DNA of 64,000 nt from Nitrospinaceae bacterium (GTDB lineage: Bacteria; Nitrospinota; Nitrospinia; Nitrospinales; Nitrospinaceae). The notes under the pieces are model-generated. The model made no database searches and had not been told where the DNA came from. It saw only the letters and a list, made by a program, of their open reading frames with translations. Positions 17,249 to 27,565 of this stretch are shown one piece after another (the first letter of the stretch is position 1; the number at the start of each line of letters is the position of its first letter). The DNA lies in contig OZ245011.1 in assembly GCA_965223665.1 (NCBI GenBank), positions 2,240,001 to 2,304,000 on the forward strand, written 5' to 3'. Position numbers and translations under genes: made by a program.

Positions 17249-18517
17249 TTATTGAGAGTTTTTGAGTTTTGCTTTAAAACAACTCACCCCGGCGGGCGCA
17301 CCACGGGTAAGTTCCTGGTTATCTAATTCCACATAGTTTTCATGAAACAATTCCAAAGTGTTTTCCCCATCTCTTTGCATTTGCCCCAGCTGCCGGACAA
17401 AGTCTGAAACCGGATCCACAAGCACCACCGTTTTTCCGGTGAGGTCGTTATTCATGAACGGATGTGGGATTAAGTTCATATCTGCATTTTTGATGGAATG
17501 ATTGATTTCCACCCAATCAAACTTTTCATCCTTTGCCAACAATCCCCCATTGACCAGGCGATCAAGCAATAGAGGTGCGTTCTTGGTTTCTTCCAATGTG
17601 GGTTTGTTCTCATACTGTTTAATAAATTTCTTTTTGGTGATTGGATCGATTCGGTCCGGACGGATTTTTGTCGGGCCATTGTTGGCCCACGGTGGTTCCG
17701 GAGCGTGGTACATGGCTTCGATCTTTCCCGATCCGTTTTCGACCAGGGCAAATAAAAACCCATGCACGTCGCCATCGTTTTGACTTAATTGATAAGGTGG
17801 GGACGCTTGAATGTAACGCTGTTGAGCATCGGCCGTACCTACTGTGCCGCCCTGATAATCAATATACATATTGATCAAGGTCGTATAAGTCGATGGCAAA
17901 ATTGCTAGAGAACCACTCAATTTTGCATTCACCGGTTGAGTGTTAATACTGTGTTTAATTTGCGGATAAAATCCATATTCTCCACCGGGCAGGGTTAAAT
18001 TAACACCCGGCAACCCCAGAAACCCGGTTGATACTTCACCGATGGCCGTTTTTAAAGAGTTTTGATTTACGCTATCCGCCGGTGGAATGAGATCGTCCCA
18101 CACCGGGGTTTGATTGGGACCCGCGCTTTTTAAAATTTGCCCAGCCACACCGGCACCTAAATCGATGGGAACTCCATTGAGATCGTAAACTAAAACACCA
18201 CCCCCCGTTCCATGCGCGATTTTTGCTAACGTGACCGCATCATCCAGGATCAAAACGGTGGTAATGATTCCATTTTGATTCGGTAATAGATTTAAATAAT
18301 CCGCATCAAGAGTCCCAACTTTATTCCAAGCGGTATTCGCTCCATTACGTTTCCAGAGTTCATTGACGTTTCTATTTCGCCACCACATACCCGGATAAGC
18401 CGGGTTGGGCTCATCTGTCCCATCAAACATTGTCACCAAGGCGTCGTTGATATCATTATTTTGCTGACGGAAAAGTGCCCGGGAAATATTTTGAATAAAC
18501 ATGTTTGGCGTGGTCAT
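17249..18517 (-). CDS. Tail fibre protein
   Basis: Follows tail tip gene; INDAL..MFDGTDEP..AYPGMWW..LWKRNGANTAW N-terminal anchor; DDAVTLAKIA repeat. Confidence 0.7.
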   Translation of the reverse strand: MTTPNMFIQNISRALFRQQNNDINDALVTMFDGTDEPNPAYPGMWWRNRNVNELWKRNGANTAWNKVGTLDADYLNLLPNQNGIITTVLILDDAVTLAKIAHGTGGGVLVYDLNGVPIDLGAGVAGQILKSAGPNQTPVWDDLIPPADSVNQNSLKTAIGEVSTGFLGLPGVNLTLPGGEYGFYPQIKHSINTQPVNAKLSGSLAILPSTYTTLINMYIDYQGGTVGTADAQQRYIQASPPYQLSQNDGDVHGFLFALVENGSGKIEAMYHAPEPPWANNGPTKIRPDRIDPITKKKFIKQYENKPTLEETKNAPLLLDRLVNGGLLAKDEKFDWVEINHSIKNADMNLIPHPFMNNDLTGKTVVLVDPVSDFVRQLGQMQRDGENTLELFHENYVELDNQELTRGAPAGVSCFKAKLKNSQ

Positions 18518-21500
18518 TAAAATCCCTCCACGTGATAATTAAATGATTTTTGGATACTAACCTGGCTTGAATCAAAAAACTGGACAGTGAACCCACTGTT
18601 GGTGGCGTTGGTAATTTGGTAAGTGTCACCGCTGCTATTGTCATAAGTGAGCACCGCGAAATTAGGCTCTACATAAAAGGGCCGATCAAAATTAAACGAT
18701 GTTCCCCCGACCTGTGCGGTAAGACCTTTTTTGGTTTCAGTCCGCTTCTTTAAATAGACATGCTGCTTTAAAACGGACACACTGACGTTTTGGTCCACGG
18801 CGTTGGAAATGAGTAACATTCGGGTTTGAATGGCCCTGGCTTTAAAGTCGCTGACCAGGAAGTTTTGCCATGCCGACCATACCGGACTGGCTCCGGGATC
18901 GTCCTCCGTGTAGTGGAATTGCATTTGAATGTTGGCTCGATCCGCGTCTTCCCCATCCCATAATTCGGGACTGTCGACCAAATCTTCCGAATCTATCAAA
19001 TCGCTTTGTAAAAAAGTGACGGCATCAATTTCGAACGCCAGGCGAATGTTTTCATACACGTTCCCTAAGTCCACCACACCTTGAAAATCGTAAGTGGCCA
19101 GCGGGATCACTTCGCTATTCCCATCGAGATCAATTTCCAACTTGGTGGCGTTGACACTGCAATCGGTTTTGGTTCCAAGGAACCCTCCTCCGGATTCATC
19201 ACTTTCCACGGCCAGGTGGAGAAAAGGAATTTCCCCGGTTTGAGAAACCGCAGCGGCCGCATTGACGGAAGCGTTCCCACCCAAATCGATCGCTTTCACT
19301 AAATAAGTTCCGGGTAAAAGGGGCAAGGTCACCTGTGTGTTGTCGGGTGGAACTTCCGGACCAATATCCACGGCCGACGCCCAGGTGGCGCCGGATGTTT
19401 TAGAGGAATGGCGAACGCGGATCCTTCCCCCGTTGGTGACATCGATGTCCGTTACCGGATCCCAACTGAGCACCACACTATGATCGATAATATTCAACGT
19501 GAGGTTTTGAATATCATCGGGTGGTGTGGATCCTCCAATCACTAAATGGTTATTGATTTTACTAAATGGGCTGAACGTTTCGTCTTCATACTTAAACCGC
19601 AAATGGATATCATAAACTTCCTTCTCCATAATATTTCGAATACTGATTTCCCGGGCGTCCGGAGCCACCGGCGGAATCCAGTCCCATCGACCGTTGGTCC
19701 CTGCAGGTCGGATCCTTCCTTCAATGGCCGTAGCATTCGATGGAATATTTTGGGTAAGAGATAAGGAAATCACGATGCGTGGTTCTAAAATACCGGTGGG
19801 TCCAATTTCCATTACCGTTTCATCACTTTTCACCTGGGCGACAAAAGGTTCAGTTAAGACTTGCTCCGGAGTGATTTGGCTATTGTGATCGGGAATCACT
19901 CCACTATCGGCATCCTGAATGGCCGGCGCATGATCCACACACACAAGCCTGGCATTCTTTCCCCCAAGCGGTTGGATCTCTTTGATCAAAAGTTCCACTG
20001 TTTCGGATCCAGTTTGACCAAATGCAACCAGGTCCCCCACCTTGGGAGCATTGGCAATAGGTACCAGGGGCGAAAGGTTCACGGTTTTAGAGGTCCCGGG
20101 AACAGTGGATAAACCCAAATTGACCTGGGTGTTGTCTTCCAACCTTCCACGAATTGAATAATTTTTTCCCGTGAGCATGGTCATTTCCTCATCGAGCACA
20201 ATTTGAGTTACATTGACCGTGTCATCGATGACCTGTTTCACCCGACCCTGGGCAATTCCCCAAAGCGGAACATCATGAACGGCTCGAATGAGATCACCCC
20301 GACGGCAAACCAGGTTTTCCACGTCTGCAGAAAAAGTATAAATCTCCGGCCGCAATCTCAAAGTGGCTATGTGATATCGGGCAAGCTTCCAAATTTGTTC
20401 CGGATTGGTCACGCCCGTGAATTCCATGGTGGCAAACTTCGTGGCGTTGGTTTCGTCGAACCCGTCGTCGTAAACAATCCGTTCGTCCTGGGTAAATTCT
20501 TTTTCTTCATTGATAAAACGAACGCGAAAGCCATGGGGTTTATCACTGTAGACAATCTTTCCGCTAAAGCTTCCCTTTAACATATTGCGCGGGGTGAACA
20601 TTTGACACGGAGTGGTTTGGGGCTGGTCAATGACCACACTCCATTTCCCATCACGGTTCGTGGGTGATGCACGGCCAGCGGCCAGGATATCGCGAACCAT
20701 TTCTCCTACGCTCGATTGGAAATCCACCACAATGTTGAAAGTGAATCCTTTGGCCACACAATAATCGTGAAACGCTTGCAGACCTGGAATATCCACACGG
20801 GTGTCGGGTAAGGGAGAATCGTCCCCCGGGAACTGCCAAACGTGGCGAGCCAATGCACTTGGGTTATTACTCACTTGCTCCACCCAGGCGGATCCATTCC
20901 AGTCCTTCACAATGGATTTCACGGTGGCGCTGTATTTATCGATCACGCCCGAAAGTTGGTCGGTAGCACGGATGCGCAAAGCCGTGGCGGCAACGGGTTT
21001 ATGGAATTGAATCGGGTTTTCGTTGGTAAAGGTGCGGAGCGCAGTCCACATGGCCACACCTGGGTGGAGATTGACATCGGTGGGATCGGGCGTGATCCTG
21101 CGGATCCGTATATCGTATTGACCGCGGCTCGGCATTTTAATCCGTTGCCCTTTACGAAACAGAGTCACTTGATTAGCGGCCACGGCTAAATTTGGATGCT
21201 GGGTCCAGGTTCCGGCGCCGGTGGGACTGGTTTCGATTTCAAATTCTATTTCCGTTAAAGCGGCCGGGTGAAACTTTAGAAACCCAAATTCCATTTGGAT
21301 CCCGCGCGGAAAGGTGAGGTCAAAAGAGATTTCATCACAATCGGGTTGGGTGGTGCGAAGGATCCAATCGTCCACCTGGTGGACGGTAATTTGTAACGCT
21401 TCCTCAAAGACCTGGTCCGGGAATAGGGTGAGGGCTGGATCCGAGTCGAATCCCTGGACCGTTTCGATTTCCACATCTTCAAATTCGTTAATGTCCGTTT

Positions 21501-22182
21501 GCCCGATTTTATGATTGGAAATGTCCAGTGGTCCGTACCCCCAAATCAAAAGCATTCGGAAATATTGATCATCGCCTACGATCTCGGTATAGGTCTTGGC
21601 TCCCAACGGAGGGAAATGGCGATGTTCCCCCAAGACGACAGGAATGGGACCAAACGGAGTTTCAAAATTCCCGGCTCCGGAAATGGAATTACTTTTTTTA
21701 CTGGTACCGGTGAGGGTGTCCAGTTTTGGCCGTGAAGGTGGAATGATGGCGTTGAGTAACAGTTGCCCTCCGATACCGACTGCAGCGGTGATACCGGCGG
21801 ACACTAAAGAAAAAGCGGTGGATCCTTTTACTAAACCCAAAGCCCCTGCAGCGGCCGGACCGGCAAACGCAGCAGCCGCAATGATCGCGATGGATAGAAC
21901 GGTTCGGAGCGGGTCTTTCCCTTCCCCTCCGGAAGGAACCACGCGGATAGTCAGGGTCATTCCCGGCTTGGGTTTCACCTGGCCCCAATAATCCTGAGGA
22001 ATGTATTGATCACCTACAAATATATGGGCATGGCGCCGCAATACCGGGTCCGCTTGCACCCGGGCTAAAATTTCTAACACGGTCAACCCGGCGGGTAAAG
22101 TTAAATCGTTACGTTCCACCTTGAATGGATGCGGACAGGAAAAAACCTGTATCGATCCTTTTTCAGGCGCTAAGACTTCCAT
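18517..22182 (-). CDS. Central tail fibre / host specificity protein J (with N-terminal gpI-like region)
   Basis: 1221 aa; IPVVLG, GQYDIRIRRIT, NNPS, FN3-like repeats; position after NlpC/P60. Confidence 0.85.
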   Translation of the reverse strand: MEVLAPEKGSIQVFSCPHPFKVERNDLTLPAGLTVLEILARVQADPVLRRHAHIFVGDQYIPQDYWGQVKPKPGMTLTIRVVPSGGEGKDPLRTVLSIAIIAAAAFAGPAAAGALGLVKGSTAFSLVSAGITAAVGIGGQLLLNAIIPPSRPKLDTLTGTSKKSNSISGAGNFETPFGPIPVVLGEHRHFPPLGAKTYTEIVGDDQYFRMLLIWGYGPLDISNHKIGQTDINEFEDVEIETVQGFDSDPALTLFPDQVFEEALQITVHQVDDWILRTTQPDCDEISFDLTFPRGIQMEFGFLKFHPAALTEIEFEIETSPTGAGTWTQHPNLAVAANQVTLFRKGQRIKMPSRGQYDIRIRRITPDPTDVNLHPGVAMWTALRTFTNENPIQFHKPVAATALRIRATDQLSGVIDKYSATVKSIVKDWNGSAWVEQVSNNPSALARHVWQFPGDDSPLPDTRVDIPGLQAFHDYCVAKGFTFNIVVDFQSSVGEMVRDILAAGRASPTNRDGKWSVVIDQPQTTPCQMFTPRNMLKGSFSGKIVYSDKPHGFRVRFINEEKEFTQDERIVYDDGFDETNATKFATMEFTGVTNPEQIWKLARYHIATLRLRPEIYTFSADVENLVCRRGDLIRAVHDVPLWGIAQGRVKQVIDDTVNVTQIVLDEEMTMLTGKNYSIRGRLEDNTQVNLGLSTVPGTSKTVNLSPLVPIANAPKVGDLVAFGQTGSETVELLIKEIQPLGGKNARLVCVDHAPAIQDADSGVIPDHNSQITPEQVLTEPFVAQVKSDETVMEIGPTGILEPRIVISLSLTQNIPSNATAIEGRIRPAGTNGRWDWIPPVAPDAREISIRNIMEKEVYDIHLRFKYEDETFSPFSKINNHLVIGGSTPPDDIQNLTLNIIDHSVVLSWDPVTDIDVTNGGRIRVRHSSKTSGATWASAVDIGPEVPPDNTQVTLPLLPGTYLVKAIDLGGNASVNAAAAVSQTGEIPFLHLAVESDESGGGFLGTKTDCSVNATKLEIDLDGNSEVIPLATYDFQGVVDLGNVYENIRLAFEIDAVTFLQSDLIDSEDLVDSPELWDGEDADRANIQMQFHYTEDDPGASPVWSAWQNFLVSDFKARAIQTRMLLISNAVDQNVSVSVLKQHVYLKKRTETKKGLTAQVGGTSFNFDRPFYVEPNFAVLTYDNSSGDTYQITNATNSGFTVQFFDSSQVSIQKSFNYHVEGF

Positions 22183-22660
22183 CTAGTAACCTTTCATGGC
22201 GGTAAAAATTAACGATCCGGTTTTTAAACAAGCGTTGATGATAATTGGCAATACTGGAATCGATTCCTGATTCCGTATGAATCAGAAACCCTGGCGCAAG
22301 GATCAAACCAACGTGCATGTCAGCTGCCATCCACTTGCCTTCCACTTTGTAATACCCTTTCATAAAGGCCACATCCCCCAGGCGCTCTTTACCGTATGGG
22401 ATCAAGTTCCATTCCGGATTGTGCAAACAGTTGTCGGTCAATGTGGCTTGAACTTCTTTTCCGGATTTAGCCGATTCGTAGGTGGTTAAATAATCGGGAA
22501 GTTCGAGTCCAAATTGCTCTTTCCAAATCAACCGACACAGGCCGTAACAGTCGCAGCCGTCGCGACCGCGGCCACGCTCTTTAAATGGGATACCGATATA
22601 TTGTTCTACCCAATCAGAATATACCGACCCGGTTTTCCATCCATAAAGTTCCATAATCAA
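22163..22660 (-). CDS. NlpC/P60 tail assembly peptidase (gpK-like)
   Basis: YIGIPF...GRGRDGCDCYGL, HVG, LIH catalytic motifs. Confidence 0.88.
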   Translation of the reverse strand: MIMELYGWKTGSVYSDWVEQYIGIPFKERGRGRDGCDCYGLCRLIWKEQFGLELPDYLTTYESAKSGKEVQATLTDNCLHNPEWNLIPYGKERLGDVAFMKGYYKVEGKWMAADMHVGLILAPGFLIHTESGIDSSIANYHQRLFKNRIVNFYRHERLLDGSLSA

Positions 22661-23133
22661 AACAGCGCGGGAAACCCACTTGGCACAAACGCATGGGGCG
22701 GGAACGGTTTGGATTCCAAATGCTCCACCGATAATTCACCCGTAACCACCAATTGGTTGTAATCCGCTTCCTTCAATTTAAAATCCGGTAAAGACATTTC
22801 GACCGTATCCGGTGTGCTGGCCAAAACGATTTCGATCAACACGTCCACCGCCGAGGTGATACTGCGCAAGGCCTGGACGATTTGTCGATCGACGTTTCCG
22901 ATCGTGAGCGTGGCCACCGGCGGCCGGTCTTCACTTTCGTTGGGTAATGGCAATTCAAACGGGAAGGCCTGGAACGTGTTCCCGTTGGAAACCAGGTTCA
23001 CCTTGTCATCACAAACGCGAATCGGTTCGGCCAAATCGGCATGTGAAAGAGTGAGCAAGGTAATAAACGCCTCTTTGGTTTCCTGGGCCGTGACGGCCTT
23101 CATTGCATTGGTTGAAAAACTTCTTCCCGTCAT
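22657..23133 (-). CDS. Minor tail protein (DUF1833/gpL-like)
   Basis: LLTLSH, FQAFPFELPLP, LTIGNVDR, FP...F.PSGFPALF. Confidence 0.75.
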   Translation of the reverse strand: MTGRSFSTNAMKAVTAQETKEAFITLLTLSHADLAEPIRVCDDKVNLVSNGNTFQAFPFELPLPNESEDRPPVATLTIGNVDRQIVQALRSITSAVDVLIEIVLASTPDTVEMSLPDFKLKEADYNQLVVTGELSVEHLESKPFPPHAFVPSGFPALF

Positions 23134-23480
23134 GGCAAAATTAAAAGTTGTAAGTTCACTTGATAGTTATCTGCTCCCAAAGCCGAATACTGCGGCGGCT
23201 CGGCAAATCTAAAGTTTTCCAAGTTTTCCCCTGGGCGTTGCCATTCAAAGGACAAAGAACCACCACCCAACGTGGTTCGATAGAACGTTCTCAACGTGGC
23301 CTTTTGGGCAGCGGTTAAATTCATCGATCCGGAAATAGGTTGTTCTGCAGCGGTGAACCGTTGCCGACTTTTTCGCGGGCCCGTATCCATTTCCGTTTGG
23401 ATAGAGGTTTCGGGTTCGCTTTCCGAAAAACTACCGACTAAAAAATCCTGCGGTAAAGTGGCAGGCCAAACGTCCGGCAT
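23130..23480 (-). CDS. Distal tail protein (gpM-like)
   Basis: WPATLPQ, TEMDTGPRKSRQRFT, TLGGGSLSFEW; follows tape measure. Confidence 0.75.
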   Translation of the reverse strand: MPDVWPATLPQDFLVGSFSESEPETSIQTEMDTGPRKSRQRFTAAEQPISGSMNLTAAQKATLRTFYRTTLGGGSLSFEWQRPGENLENFRFAEPPQYSALGADNYQVNLQLLILP

Positions 23481-23483
23481 GAC

Positions 23484-25682
23484 TTATCCCCTTTGCACGG
23501 CGGGACTCAACCCGAATTGAGTTAATAATTCATTGCGAGTGGCACCGCCCTGGCGAATCTTTTTGGCCACGGTTTGATCGATCATGATTTCTAAATCCAT
23601 TCCGCCCTGGCCATTCGGTCGTTGCTCGGCCTGGACATTGGCGTTGCTGTTATTACTGATAAACACATTGAACTGAATTCCGTTACCACCTTGACGGCCT
23701 AAAGGTTCCACCGTGATGCGTTCGCCACGGGTAACGGGAAAGGAAGCGATATTTTGGTCGGTGCCTCCGGTGCCACCGGCAATAAACGACCCGCCACTGG
23801 CAAAGCCCGGACCTAAGAATCCGGCGCGGGGCGTCACTCCGGGAATCGTCGGCGGTAGGGTCGGTAGAAATAAACTTGTGGCCAGCTGGCCAAAAATCCC
23901 AAGTAATCCGGATCCTGAATTTTCCCCGTTGCCAAAGGAACCTATGGAAAGATTGATTAATTGACTGAGGGCGTTATCGACAAAGCTGTCAACCACCCCT
24001 TCAAAACTTTTGAGTTCGACCTTGCCGGTTTTAATAAAACCCTTGATGGCATTGCCCGCGTTACTGGCGAAGGATTCGAAGGCAGAAACCATCGTGTCTT
24101 TCGCTGCCATGACCGGCTGTACCATGACCGTGTCGAGCCGGTTAAATTCCGCTCCCACGTCGTCGACCAAATCGGGAATGATAGAATTACCAACTACCTT
24201 GTCATATAGATCCGTAAAAAATCCGGTAATTTTATTTAACTTTTCTTTGATGCCATCGACAATGGCATTGAATTTATCGACCAACCAGGTTTTGATGACC
24301 TCAACCGTTATCCTGACAATATTTTTGATATCGTCACCCCAAATTTTCCAAGCGGCCACAATAGCAACGGCGGCGGCAATGAATAACCCGATAGGACCGG
24401 TGGCGGCAATTAACGCAGTCATACTACTGCCTATGGTTCCCAATGCGGTGATGGTTGCGCCTAAGGCTATGGCAAGCGGTCCGATGGCAATGGCAGCGCC
24501 GCCGATAATAGTCCCCCATTTAAGAATGGTAGGATTGACCTTTGTTAATTGCCGAAATAACCCCGCGATGTCTTTAACCAAGTCGGTGGCAAATTTTAGT
24601 AAACCGGAATCGGCGATGGCGAGTTGTGCGCCTTCTAATGCAGATTTAAATTCCCTTAGCGCTCCGTTAAATCCTTTCATTTGGACGGCGGCCACCTCAG
24701 CGGCCCTTCCATCGGAATCTTTTAACCGATCATTAAATTTTTTAAATTTTTCTGATCCTTGCCCCAACAATCCTGCAAACGCTACTGCCGACCTTTTGTC
24801 AACTATGGTGGATATCCCACCAATATCGTCTTTGAATGGCTCTAATCGTTTGACTAATTCAAATAAAGAAACAAGACGTCCTTTACTGTCGGTTAGTTCA
24901 ACCCCCCATCTTTGGAGAGTTTCTCTTGCAGCTTTAGTCGGTGCCAATATACGGATGATTCCAGTTCGTAAAGCGGCACCGGCCCGTTCTGCCTGCAGAC
25001 CGGCATTCCCCATTAAACTTATTGCAGTGGTAGTTTCTCTAAAATCAGTTCCCGCCGCTGCAGCTACCGGACTAGCAAAACTCATAGCATCGCCTAATTG
25101 CTCTAAATTGGTATTGGCACCGGTAAATGAAGAAACAAGGGAATCCACTGCGGGCGCCAAAAACCTTATATCTTTACGAAACCCGGTTAATATATTTGTG
25201 ACAATATCAGCAGATCGTCCCAAATCAATTTGGGCAGAGGACGCGAGTTTTAGGGTTTCCGGAATGGCGGCAAATACTTTATTTGCATCGAACCCCGCCA
25301 TGGCCAGAAAGTTTTGCGCGTCTGCCACTTGGGTTGCAGTGAATTGGGTGGTGGAACCTAAGTCCTTTGCCTGTTTACGAAGTTTCTTAAATTGTTCTTC
25401 ACTCGCTTCGGAAACCACTCGAACCTGGTTCATCTTAGCTTCGAAATCTCCGGCGGCTTTAAGGGTTAGCGCCCCAAAAATACCGGCGGGAACCGATGCC
25501 TTTGCAGTGAACGATTTTCCAAATGAATTAATTGAATTTCCGATTTTCTGGAATCGTTTTCCGACCTTGTCCCCGGTTTTTCCCAAATCGTTCAACCCTT
25601 TTTTGACCTGACTGAACGCTTCCTGGGTTTTATTTTGCGCCCGAATCTTAAAAGTGGCTTCGGGTTGATTGTTTAAAGGCAT
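23484..25682 (-). CDS. Tail tape measure protein (TP901 core family)
   Basis: AKDLGSTTQFTATQVADAQNFLAMAGF, NTNLEQLGDAM, GFASGGSF. Confidence 0.93.
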   Translation of the reverse strand: MPLNNQPEATFKIRAQNKTQEAFSQVKKGLNDLGKTGDKVGKRFQKIGNSINSFGKSFTAKASVPAGIFGALTLKAAGDFEAKMNQVRVVSEASEEQFKKLRKQAKDLGSTTQFTATQVADAQNFLAMAGFDANKVFAAIPETLKLASSAQIDLGRSADIVTNILTGFRKDIRFLAPAVDSLVSSFTGANTNLEQLGDAMSFASPVAAAAGTDFRETTTAISLMGNAGLQAERAGAALRTGIIRILAPTKAARETLQRWGVELTDSKGRLVSLFELVKRLEPFKDDIGGISTIVDKRSAVAFAGLLGQGSEKFKKFNDRLKDSDGRAAEVAAVQMKGFNGALREFKSALEGAQLAIADSGLLKFATDLVKDIAGLFRQLTKVNPTILKWGTIIGGAAIAIGPLAIALGATITALGTIGSSMTALIAATGPIGLFIAAAVAIVAAWKIWGDDIKNIVRITVEVIKTWLVDKFNAIVDGIKEKLNKITGFFTDLYDKVVGNSIIPDLVDDVGAEFNRLDTVMVQPVMAAKDTMVSAFESFASNAGNAIKGFIKTGKVELKSFEGVVDSFVDNALSQLINLSIGSFGNGENSGSGLLGIFGQLATSLFLPTLPPTIPGVTPRAGFLGPGFASGGSFIAGGTGGTDQNIASFPVTRGERITVEPLGRQGGNGIQFNVFISNNSNANVQAEQRPNGQGGMDLEIMIDQTVAKKIRQGGATRNELLTQFGLSPAVQRG

Positions 25683-25683
25683 A

Positions 25684-25835
25684 TCAAGACCTTTTCATTT
25701 TTTCGGTTCTGAATTTAAAATAAGCCATCCAATAATTAAATTCGGATGCGGTCATGAGGCTTAATTCCTCGATCGTTTTCCCCAGTGTTTCAGCGAGGAA
25801 AAACATGTTGTAGAGTTCCACATCCGTTTTTACTT
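25684..25835 (-). CDS. gpT part of tail assembly chaperone (expressed by -1 frameshift)
   Basis: -1 frame reads VKTDVELYNMFFLAETLGKTIEELSLMTASEFNYWMAYFKFRTEKMKRS*; not in ORF track. Confidence 0.8.
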
Positions 25836-26177
25836 TTCCTCTACTTCATCCTCATTATTTCTATCAATGCCAATAATTTTTGCGGCCAACTGAGCAATAA
25901 TGTCGGGATCTGCTTTGCGCAAAAGTTTTGGTTTATCCTGTACGGAAAATAAAGGATTCAAATCTTTATCCATGGCTTTCATGATCAAACAATCAACCAT
26001 AGCGATCACTTCTCCCGATTTGATCGCTGTCTTTTTTAATTTTGATTGCTCATTAATATTGATCGGGGTGAAATGAATGATTAGCGGTTCGTTTTCATTG
26101 GGTCCCCATTCGGGAACCTCAATGGTTTGAACCCCCTTCGAATCAAAATGTGAAAAAATATTTTCTAAAACACTCAT
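25830..26177 (-). CDS. Tail assembly chaperone gpG
   Basis: IEVPEWG motif; between major tail and tape measure; ends GAG GAA AAG TAA. Confidence 0.8.
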   Translation of the reverse strand: MSVLENIFSHFDSKGVQTIEVPEWGPNENEPLIIHFTPININEQSKLKKTAIKSGEVIAMVDCLIMKAMDKDLNPLFSVQDKPKLLRKADPDIIAQLAAKIIGIDRNNEDEVEEK

Positions 26178-26211
26178 AAAAAATTCCTTTTGAATTTATT
26201 TAAAAATCAAA

Positions 26212-26601
26212 TTAAGCGACGGTTTGTTCGGCCAAGGCCCCGTTGCCTTCAAAACTGAAAGAGGCTTCTACCATCCCATCGACACCGGCACTCTTATTAA
26301 TATTGCTGACAATTGCTTGGCCTTGAAAGTAAGTGTCACCGGTAGCATCACCTTCGGGATATAAATCGAGAGTCACTTCGGCCCCTAAGATCAAAGCCCC
26401 CTGGCCATTGGTATCGGATTCATCCCAAAAACATTCCAACGACCCTTTCCATTCCTTGGTCCCGGATTTTTTGGTTTTCCAATCATCCTTGAGTTCCGTG
26501 TCGTCAATAATGTTGACACTTTCTTCCATATTCCAGTTTTTAACCTCTGCAATTGTATTGGCGCCAATTTTGACGCACCCTTCGCTGCCTTTATGATTCA
26601 T
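26212..26601 (-). CDS. Major tail (tube) protein
   Basis: IAEVKNWNMEES, GTKEWKGS, YFQGQAIV, ASFSFEGNGAL. Confidence 0.8.
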   Translation of the reverse strand: MNHKGSEGCVKIGANTIAEVKNWNMEESVNIIDDTELKDDWKTKKSGTKEWKGSLECFWDESDTNGQGALILGAEVTLDLYPEGDATGDTYFQGQAIVSNINKSAGVDGMVEASFSFEGNGALAEQTVA

Positions 26602-26770
26602 TTTCGGTTTCTCCTTTCTCTAAAGGGGTGGAGGGTGGGGAAGGTTCAAATGCTCCCTTCTCTTTCCACCCTTTTCGTTTGAGTAATTCCGCCTGTGCCC
26701 GGTTGACTTGTATCGGTTTATCGTTCGGGTTGTTGGATGGCGGGTACAGTTCCACCATTGGGTTTCCCAT
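26591..26770 (-). CDS. Small 59-aa phage protein (not in ORF track)
   Basis: AAAGGA RBS, ATG 26770, MGNPMVELYPPSNNPNDKPIQVNRAQAELLKRKGWKEK...; fills gap in operon. Confidence 0.6.
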   Translation of the reverse strand: MGNPMVELYPPSNNPNDKPIQVNRAQAELLKRKGWKEKGAFEPSPPSTPLEKGETENES

Positions 26771-26783
26771 TTTGGTTTCCTTT

Positions 26784-27254
26784 CTAAATCATTTGATCGG
26801 GAACACCTTCCCGAGTGCGGTATTGGACCACCCAGGTCATGACACCGGCGATCGCCTTTTTCTCACCCTCGACAACCTCTTTGGATCCGCCGTCCGCAAA
26901 AAAATCTTTTACGTTCCGTGTATTCATTAAATCTTGAACCAAACCGTTCAAGGTGACGTCTGCTTCCAACTTGGGAATAATTTCCTTAAACACAGCACTC
27001 ACTAAATCTTCCACCGCACCAGTATTTTTGATTAACACCTCGATTCGAACCTCTAACACGTGAGTTTTCCCCCTGGGCCGGGTTTGCGTATCGAGTTCCA
27101 TATTTTCCTGGCCGGTATAAACCAAAATGGCCTGGGGAATATCCACCGACATCGGGTAATATCGATGGGGATAAACATCATTGGTGATCAAAGGGATTTC
27201 ACGAAGTTTGTTAACGATCGCGTCACGGACTTGTTGTTCTGCAACGTCTGCCAT
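26784..27254 (-). CDS. Tail terminator (gpU-like)
   Basis: QQVRDAIVNKL, PQAILVYT, LEADVTLNGLV; position before major tail. Confidence 0.7.
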   Translation of the reverse strand: MADVAEQQVRDAIVNKLREIPLITNDVYPHRYYPMSVDIPQAILVYTGQENMELDTQTRPRGKTHVLEVRIEVLIKNTGAVEDLVSAVFKEIIPKLEADVTLNGLVQDLMNTRNVKDFFADGGSKEVVEGEKKAIAGVMTWVVQYRTREGVPDQMI

Positions 27255-27557
27255 TTACTTTTCCTCAAGCTTTATTAAAACCATTCCCGTTCCATCCGGT
27301 TGAACACCCACCACGCTATAAGCTTTTCCGCTAAGGGTTAACGTGTCGCCTTGCCTGGCGCCAATCAGGTCGCACTCTTTCCCAAGGAACATTGGCTGGT
27401 TCCCCTCCATCCCAGCCGTTCCGACATCTAGATCGAGATACGCATGATCAAAGATTCCCTCGATCGTTTTCACTTGCCCGGACTGCCAGGTATAAACAGC
27501 GCATCCGGCAAAATCATCCGGGTTCGTGAAGGAATCAAAGTTTTCCTGAAAAGGCAT
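27255..27557 (-). CDS. Head-tail joining protein (gpFII-like)
   Basis: IEGIFD, GDTLTLSGKAYSVVGVQPDGTGM. Confidence 0.75.
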   Translation of the reverse strand: MPFQENFDSFTNPDDFAGCAVYTWQSGQVKTIEGIFDHAYLDLDVGTAGMEGNQPMFLGKECDLIGARQGDTLTLSGKAYSVVGVQPDGTGMVLIKLEEK

Positions 27558-27565
27558 AGCGTTCC

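Noticed and set aside
24010-25611. 533-aa plus-strand ORF
   Set aside because: Antisense shadow of the tape measure gene; no recognisable motifs
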